Shown here in pieces: positions 6,289-15,700 of a stretch of DNA of 39,270 nt; position 1 is the first letter of the stretch, and each line of letters starts with the position of its first letter. This DNA comes from an uncultured bacterium (GTDB lineage: Bacteria > Patescibacteriota > Saccharimonadia > Saccharimonadales > Saccharimonadaceae). The translations under genes and the position numbers were made by a program. The stretch is taken from the NCBI GenBank assembly GCA_967755195.1, contig CBRAFJ010000001.1:1-39270 (forward strand). The letters are read 5' to 3'. The notes below the pieces were generated by a model. It saw nothing but the letters and a program-made list of their open reading frames with translations. It was not told the DNA's origin and did no database searches.

Positions 6289-6317
6289 AATATCCCATAT
6301 ATCCGCACTACTTGCAA
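6289..6317 (-). promoter_or_regulatory. Candidate promoter of the pilin operon (TTGCAA-17 nt-GATATT)
   Basis: Minus strand has TTGCAA at 6317-6312 and GATATT at 6294-6289. A ~12-nt leader containing AAGG follows. Confidence 0.35.
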
Positions 6318-6329
6318 CAGATAAGTCGC

Positions 6330-6358
6330 TTGTATTAGCTGGTCGGCTGTAGGATAAT
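6330..6358 (+). promoter_or_regulatory. Candidate promoter of the VirB6-to-487aa operon (TTGTAT-17 nt-GATAAT)
   Basis: -35 at 6330-6335 and -10 at 6353-6358. It sits back-to-back with the pilin promoter, 12 bp apart. Confidence 0.35.
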
Positions 6359-6387
6359 TTTAGGGAGTAACGCACTCATACATATAT

Positions 6388-8985
6388 ATGCGAAAAATAT
6401 CAAAACTTCTCTTTGTTATAACGGCGCTAGCTTTTACGCTGTCGTTTGGCGTAATTTCTAACAGTCCCGTAGCCTACGCTACCAGTGGGGGTGGAGGAAA
6501 CGAAGAACGCTGTAGCGACTTCTCTGAGGCTAGTGACCGTGAGATGTGTAATGACCAGTACAACGAGTGTCAGGCCGCAACCGGCGGCAACAACTGTATG
6601 GAAAGGGCCGTTACATATACCCAGGAAAACGGCACACAGGCACCAGAAGGTGAGGCTGATGTCTGTACGGCAGGTGCCCTAGGTTGGCTCGTTTGTCCAG
6701 CTATAGATTTCTTGGCAACCATGAACGACGCAGCATACGCGGCTGTCGAGTCAATGCTGTATGTAAACCCTGTAGCACTAGAGAACGGCGGACCACTGTT
6801 TGAGACATGGCAGAGGTTCCGCGACATAGCAAACGCTTTGTTCGTAGTAGCGATACTTGTGATCGTATTTTCTCAGGCAACATCACTAGGTCTGTCTAGT
6901 TATGGCGTAAAAAAGCTACTGCCGAGGGTTATAGCGGCAGCTATTTTAGTAAACATATCATTTTTCCTATGCCAGATAGCTATAGATATATCTAACATTA
7001 TCGGCGTTAGCATACATAGTTTGTTCGAGAGCTTCTATAGTGATAATGACGTCGATATAGACGGTATCAGCTGGGCATCACTGATAACAGGAGTATTGGC
7101 AGGTGGCGCTCTGTGGGGCGCTGGAGCAGTTGCGCTTGGTTCTGGTGGAATAATGGCGGCAATGGCGAGCATTCTCCCTTTCCTGGTGACGGCGCTGTTT
7201 GCCGTCATAACAGCACTTGTCGTACTAATAGCCCGTCAAGTAATCATCATCCTTCTAGTTGCTCTCTCACCATTAGCGTTTGTAGCCCTTATATTGCCTA
7301 ACACTCAGAAATACTTCCAGATGTGGCAAAACACCATAACCACCATGCTGGTTATGTTCCCGCTGGTTGCTGCTTTGTTCGCAGGCAGCAAACTGGCTGC
7401 AAACATAGTCCTAACATCACCAACATCCGACGGAGATGGGGGTATTAACTTATTCTCTGCCATCGCAGCAATCTGTATGATGTTCATTCCACTGTTTGCT
7501 GTGCCTTTTATAGTCAAATTCAGTGGCGGTACATTGGGACGCTTGGCCGGTATGATAAACAATCCTAGCAAAGGACCTTTCGATGCACTGCGTAGGCGGG
7601 CAGAAGAAAGCCGAGACCTGGCGCAGAACAGGGCACGCACAAGGGCTCTTAGTAGTGAAAAAGGTAATAATAACAATCCGTTTACGTTTGCAGGCCGGGT
7701 TAAACGCAACAACGCACGTAACTATAAGAACAAGCTAGCAAAGGGAATTTACGAAGAGGCAGAGCAAGAAGATATCGCACGACGAGCGTTTAGCAACGAA
7801 AATCCTGATTCTGCCAAGAAATTCGCAACCAAAATGGCTGGCTCCGATAACCCAGCATATATAACCGCGGTGCAGGCCAGCGCTAAGTCTACTGTGGATA
7901 AGCTCGAGCGTGAAAGTGCGCAGCGACGTGAAATCCTCATAAAGGCGCAGCACGACCCGCGAGAACTGCTACAGAAATCTCAGACTGGATATGTCGAGGC
8001 TGTGAAAAATAATGACTTAGCCGGCGCGCGCGCATACCAGAACATCATGCTTAATGGTGGCTCAGCAGGTATAAGTAAACTTGAAGGAGCCATAGAAGCA
8101 GCCGAGAAACATACAGACGGAGACCTGTTCCAGAAGCACTCAGAACTGAGCTCGCAACTGCGAAGTGACTTAAACTCTGCAGGACTGAAATCTAAAAACA
8201 ACGTACTTGCAACCTGGGCGTTTACTCCGAATGCCACTGTCGAGGGTCAGAGAAGAAGCGCTGGTACTTACAATACACTTACTGACGCTGAATTCGTAGG
8301 TCAGTCACCCGCCAACATAAAGGCTGCTTTAGCCGCAAATTCTATAACTTCCGAGCGAGCACAAGATATGCTTGACAACCCTAATCTTAGACTTAGCTTT
8401 AGCCCTGACAAGCGCGAAATTGTCAAAAACGCAATGAGCGGCCTACCCTCAGGGGCCTCAACTCAAAGTCAAGCAGGCCCCGGCGGCCCGCCTACAGCTG
8501 GCCCACCACCTAGCCCTGGTCCAAGCGGCCCTCCTCCTAGTGGAGGCAGTCCAGCCACTCCTCGTGGTCCTTCAGGACCACCTCCGGCCGCACCTCTGGG
8601 ATATGCTCCAGCTCCCCAGGCGACAGCAGCACCAACGCCCCCACCAGCGCAAGTAGTCCAAGCTCCGGCGCCGGCGACACCTGCTAGCAACCTACCACCA
8701 GCTCAACCAGCCCAGCAGGCCACTATAGCTCCTGATGCTCCGCGATACACAGCACCTTACAGCCAAAGTGACATACAAGCGATGGGTTCTGGTGGTATCC
8801 GTACCATCATCAGGGAAGTCCCTCAGGGCGCCCAAGGTCTGTCTAACGCCGATATAGCAAAGATTATCAACGCCACGCAAGACCAGTCAGCCATGCAAGA
8901 TATCAACCAAGAACTGCGGATGGAAAGAAACCGCCGACGAGGTGGTTTCGACCCAACTAGCGGTCCACAGAACCCTCTACCTTAG
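6388..8985 (+). CDS. VirB6/TrbL-like polytopic membrane protein with Cys-rich N-terminal exodomain and ~450-aa hydrophilic, proline-rich C-terminal extension
   Basis: 865 aa. Signal peptide, then a Cys-rich segment (6 Cys), then at least 6 long hydrophobic helices including ARQVIIILLVALSPLAFVALILPNTQKYFQMWQ (TrbL/VirB6-like). The helical/charged C-terminal part ends in a PGGPPTAGPPPSPGPSGPPPSGG.. tract (~8470-8730). Confidence 0.75.
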   Translation: MRKISKLLFVITALAFTLSFGVISNSPVAYATSGGGGNEERCSDFSEASDREMCNDQYNECQAATGGNNCMERAVTYTQENGTQAPEGEADVCTAGALGWLVCPAIDFLATMNDAAYAAVESMLYVNPVALENGGPLFETWQRFRDIANALFVVAILVIVFSQATSLGLSSYGVKKLLPRVIAAAILVNISFFLCQIAIDISNIIGVSIHSLFESFYSDNDVDIDGISWASLITGVLAGGALWGAGAVALGSGGIMAAMASILPFLVTALFAVITALVVLIARQVIIILLVALSPLAFVALILPNTQKYFQMWQNTITTMLVMFPLVAALFAGSKLAANIVLTSPTSDGDGGINLFSAIAAICMMFIPLFAVPFIVKFSGGTLGRLAGMINNPSKGPFDALRRRAEESRDLAQNRARTRALSSEKGNNNNPFTFAGRVKRNNARNYKNKLAKGIYEEAEQEDIARRAFSNENPDSAKKFATKMAGSDNPAYITAVQASAKSTVDKLERESAQRREILIKAQHDPRELLQKSQTGYVEAVKNNDLAGARAYQNIMLNGGSAGISKLEGAIEAAEKHTDGDLFQKHSELSSQLRSDLNSAGLKSKNNVLATWAFTPNATVEGQRRSAGTYNTLTDAEFVGQSPANIKAALAANSITSERAQDMLDNPNLRLSFSPDKREIVKNAMSGLPSGASTQSQAGPGGPPTAGPPPSPGPSGPPPSGGSPATPRGPSGPPPAAPLGYAPAPQATAAPTPPPAQVVQAPAPATPASNLPPAQPAQQATIAPDAPRYTAPYSQSDIQAMGSGGIRTIIREVPQGAQGLSNADIAKIINATQDQSAMQDINQELRMERNRRRGGFDPTSGPQNPLP

Positions 8986-8992
8986 GTAACCT

Positions 8993-9925
8993 ATGGCAGT
9001 ATACAAAGTACCCCAAGACGTTGAAGCCGAAGACAAACTGATAGGTCCATTCAGTTTCCGGCAGTTCATATATCTGATAGTTGCAGCTCTCGGCATATTG
9101 CTAGCATGGGCGCTGAGCCGTCTATTTATCGGTCTCGCAATCGTTCCGCTGCCGATAATTGTGGCGTTCTTAGCCTTGGCTCTCCCGCTGCGCAAAGACC
9201 AGCCGATGGAGACCTACCTGGTGGCTCTACTGAAGTTCTATTTCAAACCTCGTAGTCGTCTATGGGATCCAGAAGGGCAGATATCCCTTGTAAACATCAC
9301 GGCAGCAAAGGCTACTGAAGGACCGCAACTGAAAGCGCTTCGTGGAGCAGCAGCATCACAACAGCTAGCCTATCTAGCCCAAGTCGTAGACACCCAGGGC
9401 TGGGCTTCTCGTGGTGCAACCCAGAACCAGAACCTATCTGACCTGATAGTTGCTGAAGCTGACCAGGCCGAAGACGTCCTAGACGCAAGCAGTGGTGTTG
9501 CTCAGGCTCTTGACCAACGTATAGCTCAGTCGGACGATGCACGACGTCAAGCGCTTCGTGAGCAAATGCAGGCAACCAACACGCCGTCACAGCCAAGTCC
9601 AGCGCAAACTATATTTGCCACCCCAGAACCGACCCCACAAGCGTCACTACCTACCGATAATGTCGCCTTTAGCCCATACCCAAGCAACATGCACCAAAGG
9701 GTGTTGTCACCTGATGGAAAATTGACTCAGGGACAGACATCGAACAAAAATGACCAGCCAGTCATAACTGAGGAAAACAAACCAGCAGAAACTCCTGGTG
9801 CTATGGCGGTCTCCCCTGATATAATGAGACTTGCAAACAATAACGACCTTTCTATTAGCGCTATCGCACGCGAAGCGCAACGGCTCAGCGAAGACGACCA
9901 AGAAGTCGTCATAACACTTCGCTAG
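8993..9925 (+). CDS. PrgI/VirB3-like small-TM protein with long Gln/Pro/Ala-rich C-terminal tail
   Basis: 310 aa. N-terminus YKVPQDVEAEDKLIGPFSFRQFIYLIVAALGILLAW plus a second TM helix resembles the PrgI (VirB3 analogue) family signature. It sits between VirB6-like and VirB4, as in monoderm T4SS loci. Confidence 0.6.
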   Translation: MAVYKVPQDVEAEDKLIGPFSFRQFIYLIVAALGILLAWALSRLFIGLAIVPLPIIVAFLALALPLRKDQPMETYLVALLKFYFKPRSRLWDPEGQISLVNITAAKATEGPQLKALRGAAASQQLAYLAQVVDTQGWASRGATQNQNLSDLIVAEADQAEDVLDASSGVAQALDQRIAQSDDARRQALREQMQATNTPSQPSPAQTIFATPEPTPQASLPTDNVAFSPYPSNMHQRVLSPDGKLTQGQTSNKNDQPVITEENKPAETPGAMAVSPDIMRLANNNDLSISAIAREAQRLSEDDQEVVITLR

Positions 9926-9969
9926 CCATACTCTAGAAAGGGTGGGGGATAAACGGGAACCGTTTACTT

Positions 9970-10800
9970 ATGGATCCGAATAATCAGCAACCAGCTGGAC
10001 AACCGGCCGCAATGCCGCAAGTACCGCCAACTCCTGGTGTTGCTTCTGGCCCGCAAACACCTCAGAGCGCCAAACCGCGCAACCCTAATAGCACTCAGAA
10101 CACTCTGTTAATCGCCGAGTTACGCGAAGGCATGGCCATCATGAACGATGGTAGTTTTCGTGCTGTCGTCGCCTGTCAGTCGATAAACTTTGACCTAATG
10201 AGTGCTCGCGAACGAGAAGGTGTCGAATACAGCTATCAGAACTTCCTGAACTCGCTATATTTCCCGATACAGATCTTCGTCCGCTCTCAACGCGTTGACA
10301 TAGGTCCATATCTGGAGCGTCTGGCAAAGATCCGCCGTGACCAGGACAATATGCTGCTAGGTGTACTGATGGACGACTACATGAACTTTATCGACGCTCT
10401 TTCACAGGAAACTAACATTATGGACAAAGATTTTTATGTCGTCGTGCCTTACTACCCAATAGGCGATCTGAACGCTTTTACTAGTGGCAGTAAAAGTATT
10501 TTCTCGGCAATCATGAAGCCAGACCAGCAAAAAACCGTCACTGTCGACCAAGTCGCCTACACTAAGGCAAAAGAAGAGATATCTAACCGCGTCAACGCCG
10601 TCATGAGCGGTCTTTTCCAGATGGGTATAAAGTGTCAGCAGCTGAGCACAAAACAGCTCGGTGAACTGTACTACAACATGTACAACCCGGACACAGCCGT
10701 TCGTGAACCGATGGGAGATTTCGAAAACCTGACTAGCACCTATGTCAGCAAGGGAACCGGCCAAGCACCTCAACCACATCTAGACAGGACTCAGCAATAA
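9970..10800 (+). CDS. Hypothetical protein, translationally coupled to virB4; Pro/Gln-rich N-terminus plus a globular domain reminiscent of VirB4 N-terminal domains
   Basis: 276 aa. TAA overlaps the virB4 ATG (TAATG at 10798-10802). Segment IAELREGMAIMNDGSFRAVVACQSINFDLMSAREREGVEYSYQNFLNSLYFPIQIFVRSQRVDIGPYL resembles the CagE/TrbE/VirB4 N-domain pattern. This is memory-based and unverified. Confidence 0.6.
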   Translation: MDPNNQQPAGQPAAMPQVPPTPGVASGPQTPQSAKPRNPNSTQNTLLIAELREGMAIMNDGSFRAVVACQSINFDLMSAREREGVEYSYQNFLNSLYFPIQIFVRSQRVDIGPYLERLAKIRRDQDNMLLGVLMDDYMNFIDALSQETNIMDKDFYVVVPYYPIGDLNAFTSGSKSIFSAIMKPDQQKTVTVDQVAYTKAKEEISNRVNAVMSGLFQMGIKCQQLSTKQLGELYYNMYNPDTAVREPMGDFENLTSTYVSKGTGQAPQPHLDRTQQ

Positions 10801-12707
10801 TGGCTTTTGGAAAGAAAAAACAGAGCGCTATAGACATAGCCGAAGCTCAGCGGTTACGCGAGCAACAAGAAGTCGAAACTGAATTCCTTAAAGGCATCAC
10901 GACCCTACGCGACCTGATTGCCCCTAGTAGCTTAGAGGTCCAGAGTGCTTATTTCCGTATCGGTACCAAATACGGCCGTACTCTGTACATCTACGGTTAC
11001 CCACGACAGATCTACACCGGTTGGCTCAGTAGCATCATCAACGTCGACGAAGTTATCGACGTCAGCATGTTCATCTACCCAGTTGAAAGCCAGGTAGTCC
11101 TAAACAACCTACGTAAAAAGGTTGGTCAGCTCGAGGCAAGCATCTCTATAAATGCCGAACACGGAAAAGTTCGTGACCCGGGTCTAGAGGCCGCTATACA
11201 AGACGCTGAAGAACTGCGTGACCAGCTACAAGTCGGCGCCGAGCGTTTCTTCCGTTATGGCCTATACATGACCATGTACGCTGACAGCCTAGACGAACTA
11301 GCCTTCGTCCAGCACAAGATAGAGACCATACTCGGTCAACAGATGGTTTTCAGTAAAGTTGCGTCAAGCCAGCAAGAGCAGGGGCTAAACAGTACCATCC
11401 CACAGATGGCAGACCAACTGCAGATTCGCCGCAACATGAACACCGGCGCTATTTCGACATCATTTCCATTCACCAGCGCCGATCTAACCCAGGAAAAGGG
11501 TGTGCTCTACGGTATAAACATGCACAACAACGGTCTAGTTATATTTGACCGTTTCTCACTCGAGAACGCCAACATGGTCGTCTTCGCCAAGTCTGGTGCC
11601 GGTAAGTCGTTCACCGTCAAACTAGAAGCCCTACGTAGTATGATGATGGGTTCTGACGTTATCATCATCGACCCAGAAAATGAGTACCAGCGACTAACCG
11701 AGGCTGTCGGAGGCAGTTATATACAACTCAGCCTGAACTCGGCAGTGCGCATCAACCCGTTTGACCTACCACGCGTTATCGACAGCGACGACGCCGAAGA
11801 CGCGCTGCGTGCTAACCTAGTCACCCTACACGGCCTACTACGCCTAATGCTGGGTGGCGGGCAAGTGGTCAACGGCATGGCAATCGCCGCACTCACACCG
11901 GCCGAAGAAGCTGACCTCGATCAGGCTCTTATCGACACCTACGCTCGCGCCGGTATCACTAGCGACCCTCTAACTCATAATTCATTGCCACCAACTATTG
12001 GGGATCTATACGAAACCCTATTACACATGGGTGGTAGCGGTCCGCAGCTAGCCCAACGTCTGCGCAAATACACCACTGGTACATTTGCCGGTATTTTCAG
12101 CCAGCAGAGCAACATAGACATCAACAACCCGATGGTCGTGTTTAACATTCGCGACCTAGAAGACGAACTGCGACCAGTCGCTATGTATATCGTCCTAAGT
12201 CATATCTGGAACAAAACCCGCACCGACCAGAAAAAACGTATGCTGATCGTTGACGAGGCTTGGCAGCTGATGAAATATGATGACTCGGCAAACTTCCTGT
12301 TTAGTCTTGCCAAGCGGGCCAGGAAATACTATCTTGGACTTACCACCATCACACAGGACGTTGAGGACTTTATGAGCAGCAAGATGGGTCGCGCCATCGT
12401 TGCCAACAGCTCTATGCAGCTACTGCTAAAACAAAGCTCTAGCGCCGTCGACGTTCTGGGAGAAGTCTTTAAACTAACAGAGGAAGAGCGTAAACGTCTA
12501 GCGAACTTCCCGGTCGGCCAAGGGTTATTCTTTGCCGGACAAAACCACGTCCACATACAGGTTATCGCAAGTCCAACTGAACAAAACCTGATAACAACAA
12601 ACCCTCAACAGGTAAAAGCCATGCAACAACAACAGCAACAGCCAACAAATCAGCCGCTCTATGAACAATCGCAATCAGGATACGCAGACCCGAACCAACA
12701 ATTTTAG
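10800..12707 (+). CDS. virB4: VirB4-family T4SS ATPase
   Basis: 635 aa. Gram-positive-type N-domain (LIAPSSLEVQSAYFRIGTKYGRTLYIYGYPRQIYTGWL). Walker A FAKSGAGKSFT (~11586-11612). Walker B MLIVDEAWQL (~12240-12265). Poly-Gln C-terminal tail. Confidence 0.9.
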   Translation: MAFGKKKQSAIDIAEAQRLREQQEVETEFLKGITTLRDLIAPSSLEVQSAYFRIGTKYGRTLYIYGYPRQIYTGWLSSIINVDEVIDVSMFIYPVESQVVLNNLRKKVGQLEASISINAEHGKVRDPGLEAAIQDAEELRDQLQVGAERFFRYGLYMTMYADSLDELAFVQHKIETILGQQMVFSKVASSQQEQGLNSTIPQMADQLQIRRNMNTGAISTSFPFTSADLTQEKGVLYGINMHNNGLVIFDRFSLENANMVVFAKSGAGKSFTVKLEALRSMMMGSDVIIIDPENEYQRLTEAVGGSYIQLSLNSAVRINPFDLPRVIDSDDAEDALRANLVTLHGLLRLMLGGGQVVNGMAIAALTPAEEADLDQALIDTYARAGITSDPLTHNSLPPTIGDLYETLLHMGGSGPQLAQRLRKYTTGTFAGIFSQQSNIDINNPMVVFNIRDLEDELRPVAMYIVLSHIWNKTRTDQKKRMLIVDEAWQLMKYDDSANFLFSLAKRARKYYLGLTTITQDVEDFMSSKMGRAIVANSSMQLLLKQSSSAVDVLGEVFKLTEEERKRLANFPVGQGLFFAGQNHVHIQVIASPTEQNLITTNPQQVKAMQQQQQQPTNQPLYEQSQSGYADPNQQF

Positions 12708-12717
12708 GTAGGAACCC

Positions 12718-15700
12718 ATGGCAGCCACAAATTCACCCAACCGCTACACAGACGATGATCTAAACGTCGCAGACAAAGAGTTTAATGACATCGTTAACCG
12801 CCCAGACATGCAAGCACTGGACGAGCAGGGTGACGCGGCTATACGTGATCACGACGCAAAGGCCGGTGACAGCAAGCCAGACGGCAAAAATGTCGGAGAC
12901 CTAGGCCGTGCCGAAAGTAAAGCCGCCAGTGGACCTAGAAACAACTTTTACAACCCAACCAGGAGCGGTGGAGCAACGAAGGGTTCAAGTGGTTTTGTTG
13001 GATCTTTGAAGGGCGCTTTCACCGGCAAGAACAAAAAACGTAACATCGCTCTAGGTGGTGGTATCGGTGGTGGAGCTATAGGTATAACTTTGTTGATATT
13101 TTCGCTGCTTCCGTTCAAACTACCGGGCCTTATGGAGATAATAGCTAACGAAGCTGGTCAGCGTGTCGAACAAATAACTGAACGTCGTGCCAAACAGATA
13201 ATCGCCCGGGCAATCCTAACCAGAATGGGCATAAAAGCTGGCGGTGGCTACATAGTTACGGGTAACGGACCACTCCATGACCTGTACGCATCTATGCGCA
13301 CTGCTGGGTTCGAGAAAAAGCTAGCTGCAAAAGGCATAACCATCCAAGACCGTGGCGCAAATGGTGTTCGAGTACTACTAAACGGTGAAGTACTCGGTCG
13401 AGGCGATCTGCGTACCGACCGTGAAATCATAGAAGCCCTAGACGGCAACCGCGTCACAAATCAGGTATTAAAACAGCTCGTCAAAGAAGAAGTTCCGTCT
13501 TGGCGCTGGATGAAGCGTGCTAAATTTGCCAAATGGCTACGTCTGAAATACGGCATCCCCAGATATGGCATAGAAAACAGCCAGAACGATGATGACGATG
13601 AAAAAGTCGCCGAGATGCAAAAAGGTCGTCTGAAGACATCGTATGAACGTATCACCAAAAACGTCATGGAAGTATTTGGCTGTGTCATGGGCGGTGACAG
13701 TTGCCCGGCAAACCAGAGTGCCGATCGGCCAGATGACGGACGATCGTCTGACAACGCTATCGACGAAAGCGACCTAACTGAAACCGCTGACGAACTATTA
13801 GAAGAAGAGACGTCTAACAGGAAGTTCTTTGCCAAGGTCCACGCCAAGCTGCTAGACACTGTTCTAGGAAAACTAGCCTCAAAAGCCATACCTATCATCG
13901 GTTGGATAGACCTAGCCGCCACCGTTGACCACATTATTTATGAGTTTGGCGACAACGACTACTTGGCAACTTTGCCAGCCTACTACCGCGGGCTAGGGTA
14001 CGCTCAGATATATGGTGAACGGGCGGGCTATGCAGACCAGCAAAAACTCGGCGCTCTAGATCCGGCATTCATCGCAGTTCTCGCCACTCAGGCAGACGGA
14101 GCCGAGGAATCACAGGCCTTTAACTACATAAACGGCGACTCTACCAGAGGAAAGCCTATAGACATGAAGGTCAACAACTGTGACGACTGCAAAAGCTCTA
14201 TAAATAGGTATTGGCAGTGGTACAAAGATAACATCGGCGACACCTTAGCTGGTAGCACTGGTACTATTAAATGTCCGGATGACGGTATTGGTGCGGGTGC
14301 ATGTATAACCAGTCATGAAATCATGAATGCCTACTACGAAACAATCGGTGGTGGTGGGCTCCTCGGCTGGCTAAGTGGTGTAGTCGGCGATGCTGGTAGT
14401 TGGGCGTTTCAAAGAATCATGGATCTATTACCAGGCCTACCATTCGAAGATTGGTTGGCGAACAAAATGAAACAGGCTATGAAGTTCGTTCTGGAAACAT
14501 TTGGTCTATACATCGACCCACTGGACACTGGAGCAGCCTTGTTCAACAACATGCACGCTGGCGCCACTGTAACCTTCAACTCCTTCTGTGAAGAGTCTGG
14601 TTGTCGCAAACTAACTCCAGAACAAACCGGTATGGTTAACTCGCAAATCGCCGCCGAGCGCGACGAATACCTACGCAGCCAGAGCCTAGGCTACCGACTG
14701 TTTAGCCCAGAGAATACTCGTTCTATAACTACACAGCTAGCTGTGTCACTACCGACTGCGCCACAGAACGACATAACAGGTAGTGTTAGCGCATTCGCTA
14801 GCCTAGTCGCAAACGCTCCGGCCAAACTGCTATCTACAGTCCTGCCGACAGCCTCGGCCAATACCAAATACGTTGACTTGTATGGCGTTGACCCATTTGG
14901 CGCGCTGCCAGCTGACCTAAACCAAAACATCTCTAACGAACTACTGCGCGGCGAGGAATGTCCAGATGTTGCCGAAAACCAATACAACGGCTGCAAAATA
15001 GATAAAACCGTCGCCGAAGCCATGATCTGTGAATTCACTCCAGAGATCCCAGACTGTTCAGACGAGGACGCACCAGTAGAGGGAAGTGCAGGCTTTGTTG
15101 TCGGTAGCTACAACGTACTAGACTCCGACGCGCACGAAGAGGACAGCAGGCGTATCGGTGGCTGTAGCCAGGCCGAACTAGCTAACGACCGCAACTGTAC
15201 TAGAACCAGGTCGGCCCGTCAGGCACAAATAATCAACGGAAACTCTTCAGCCGGCAACCCAGCCTTTGACGTTGTCGGAACTCAGGAAATGAGCGAGACT
15301 CAGTACAACCAGCTAAAGTCGATGCTCTCTGGATATGACGCATTTCCAACTGATGGTTCAGGTCTAGGCAACAGCCGCGATGGTAAACTTGGTATCTTCT
15401 GGAAACGATCCAAATTTACCCTAGTCGAAAGTGGCAAGGCCCCGGGGTTGAGTAACATTGCAGACAGAATCAACAACCCTTGGGTTGGTCTACGCGCTAC
15501 AAACGGTCAGATGGTCTACTTTATGTCCATCCACTACGCTCACCGAGACTGTAGTGACGGCCGCTGTGACGGCAACAAAGCACCAAACAATGTTTTCGAG
15601 GCAAATATGCGTGAGTCATCACGTCTAACTATGGACTGGGTCAGGTCAAAAGCGACGGGCAACAATATCGCTATAGTTGTCGGTGACTATAACGACCAGC

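Noticed and set aside
4818-6317. Longer N-terminal extensions offered by the ORF track for three pilin genes (to 4871, 5919 and 6317), and for traX (754) and hsp20 (2681)
   Set aside because: The extensions overlap the upstream gene or lie upstream of the predicted -10 box. They also add non-signal-peptide residues. The internal ATGs have SD sites or promoter geometry and give normal signal peptides.
8469-8690. 73-aa Gly/Ala/Pro-rich minus-strand ORF
   Set aside because: It is the antisense reflection of the proline-rich tract in the VirB6-like gene.
8470-8730. Proline-rich tract as a DNA tandem repeat or phase-variable element
   Set aside because: The tract is compositionally biased at the protein level. 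The nucleotide sequence is not a regular repeat unit and contains no homopolymer or short-unit tract likely to slip.
9951-9965. Small hairpin AAACGG-GAA-CCGTTT just upstream of the 276-aa gene start, as a translational regulator
   Set aside because: It has only 6 bp with a 3-nt loop, which is too weak and too common to interpret.
13461-13934. Long antisense ORFs inside strong CDSs (13461-13934; likewise 2725-3072, 7305-7712, 10402-10779, 14691-15038, 16424-16747, 30863-31327, 34302-34679)
   Set aside because: Each is fully embedded antisense or out of frame in a gene with clear family motifs. Translations are Ser/Arg/Leu-rich and low in complexity, and none has start-site signals.
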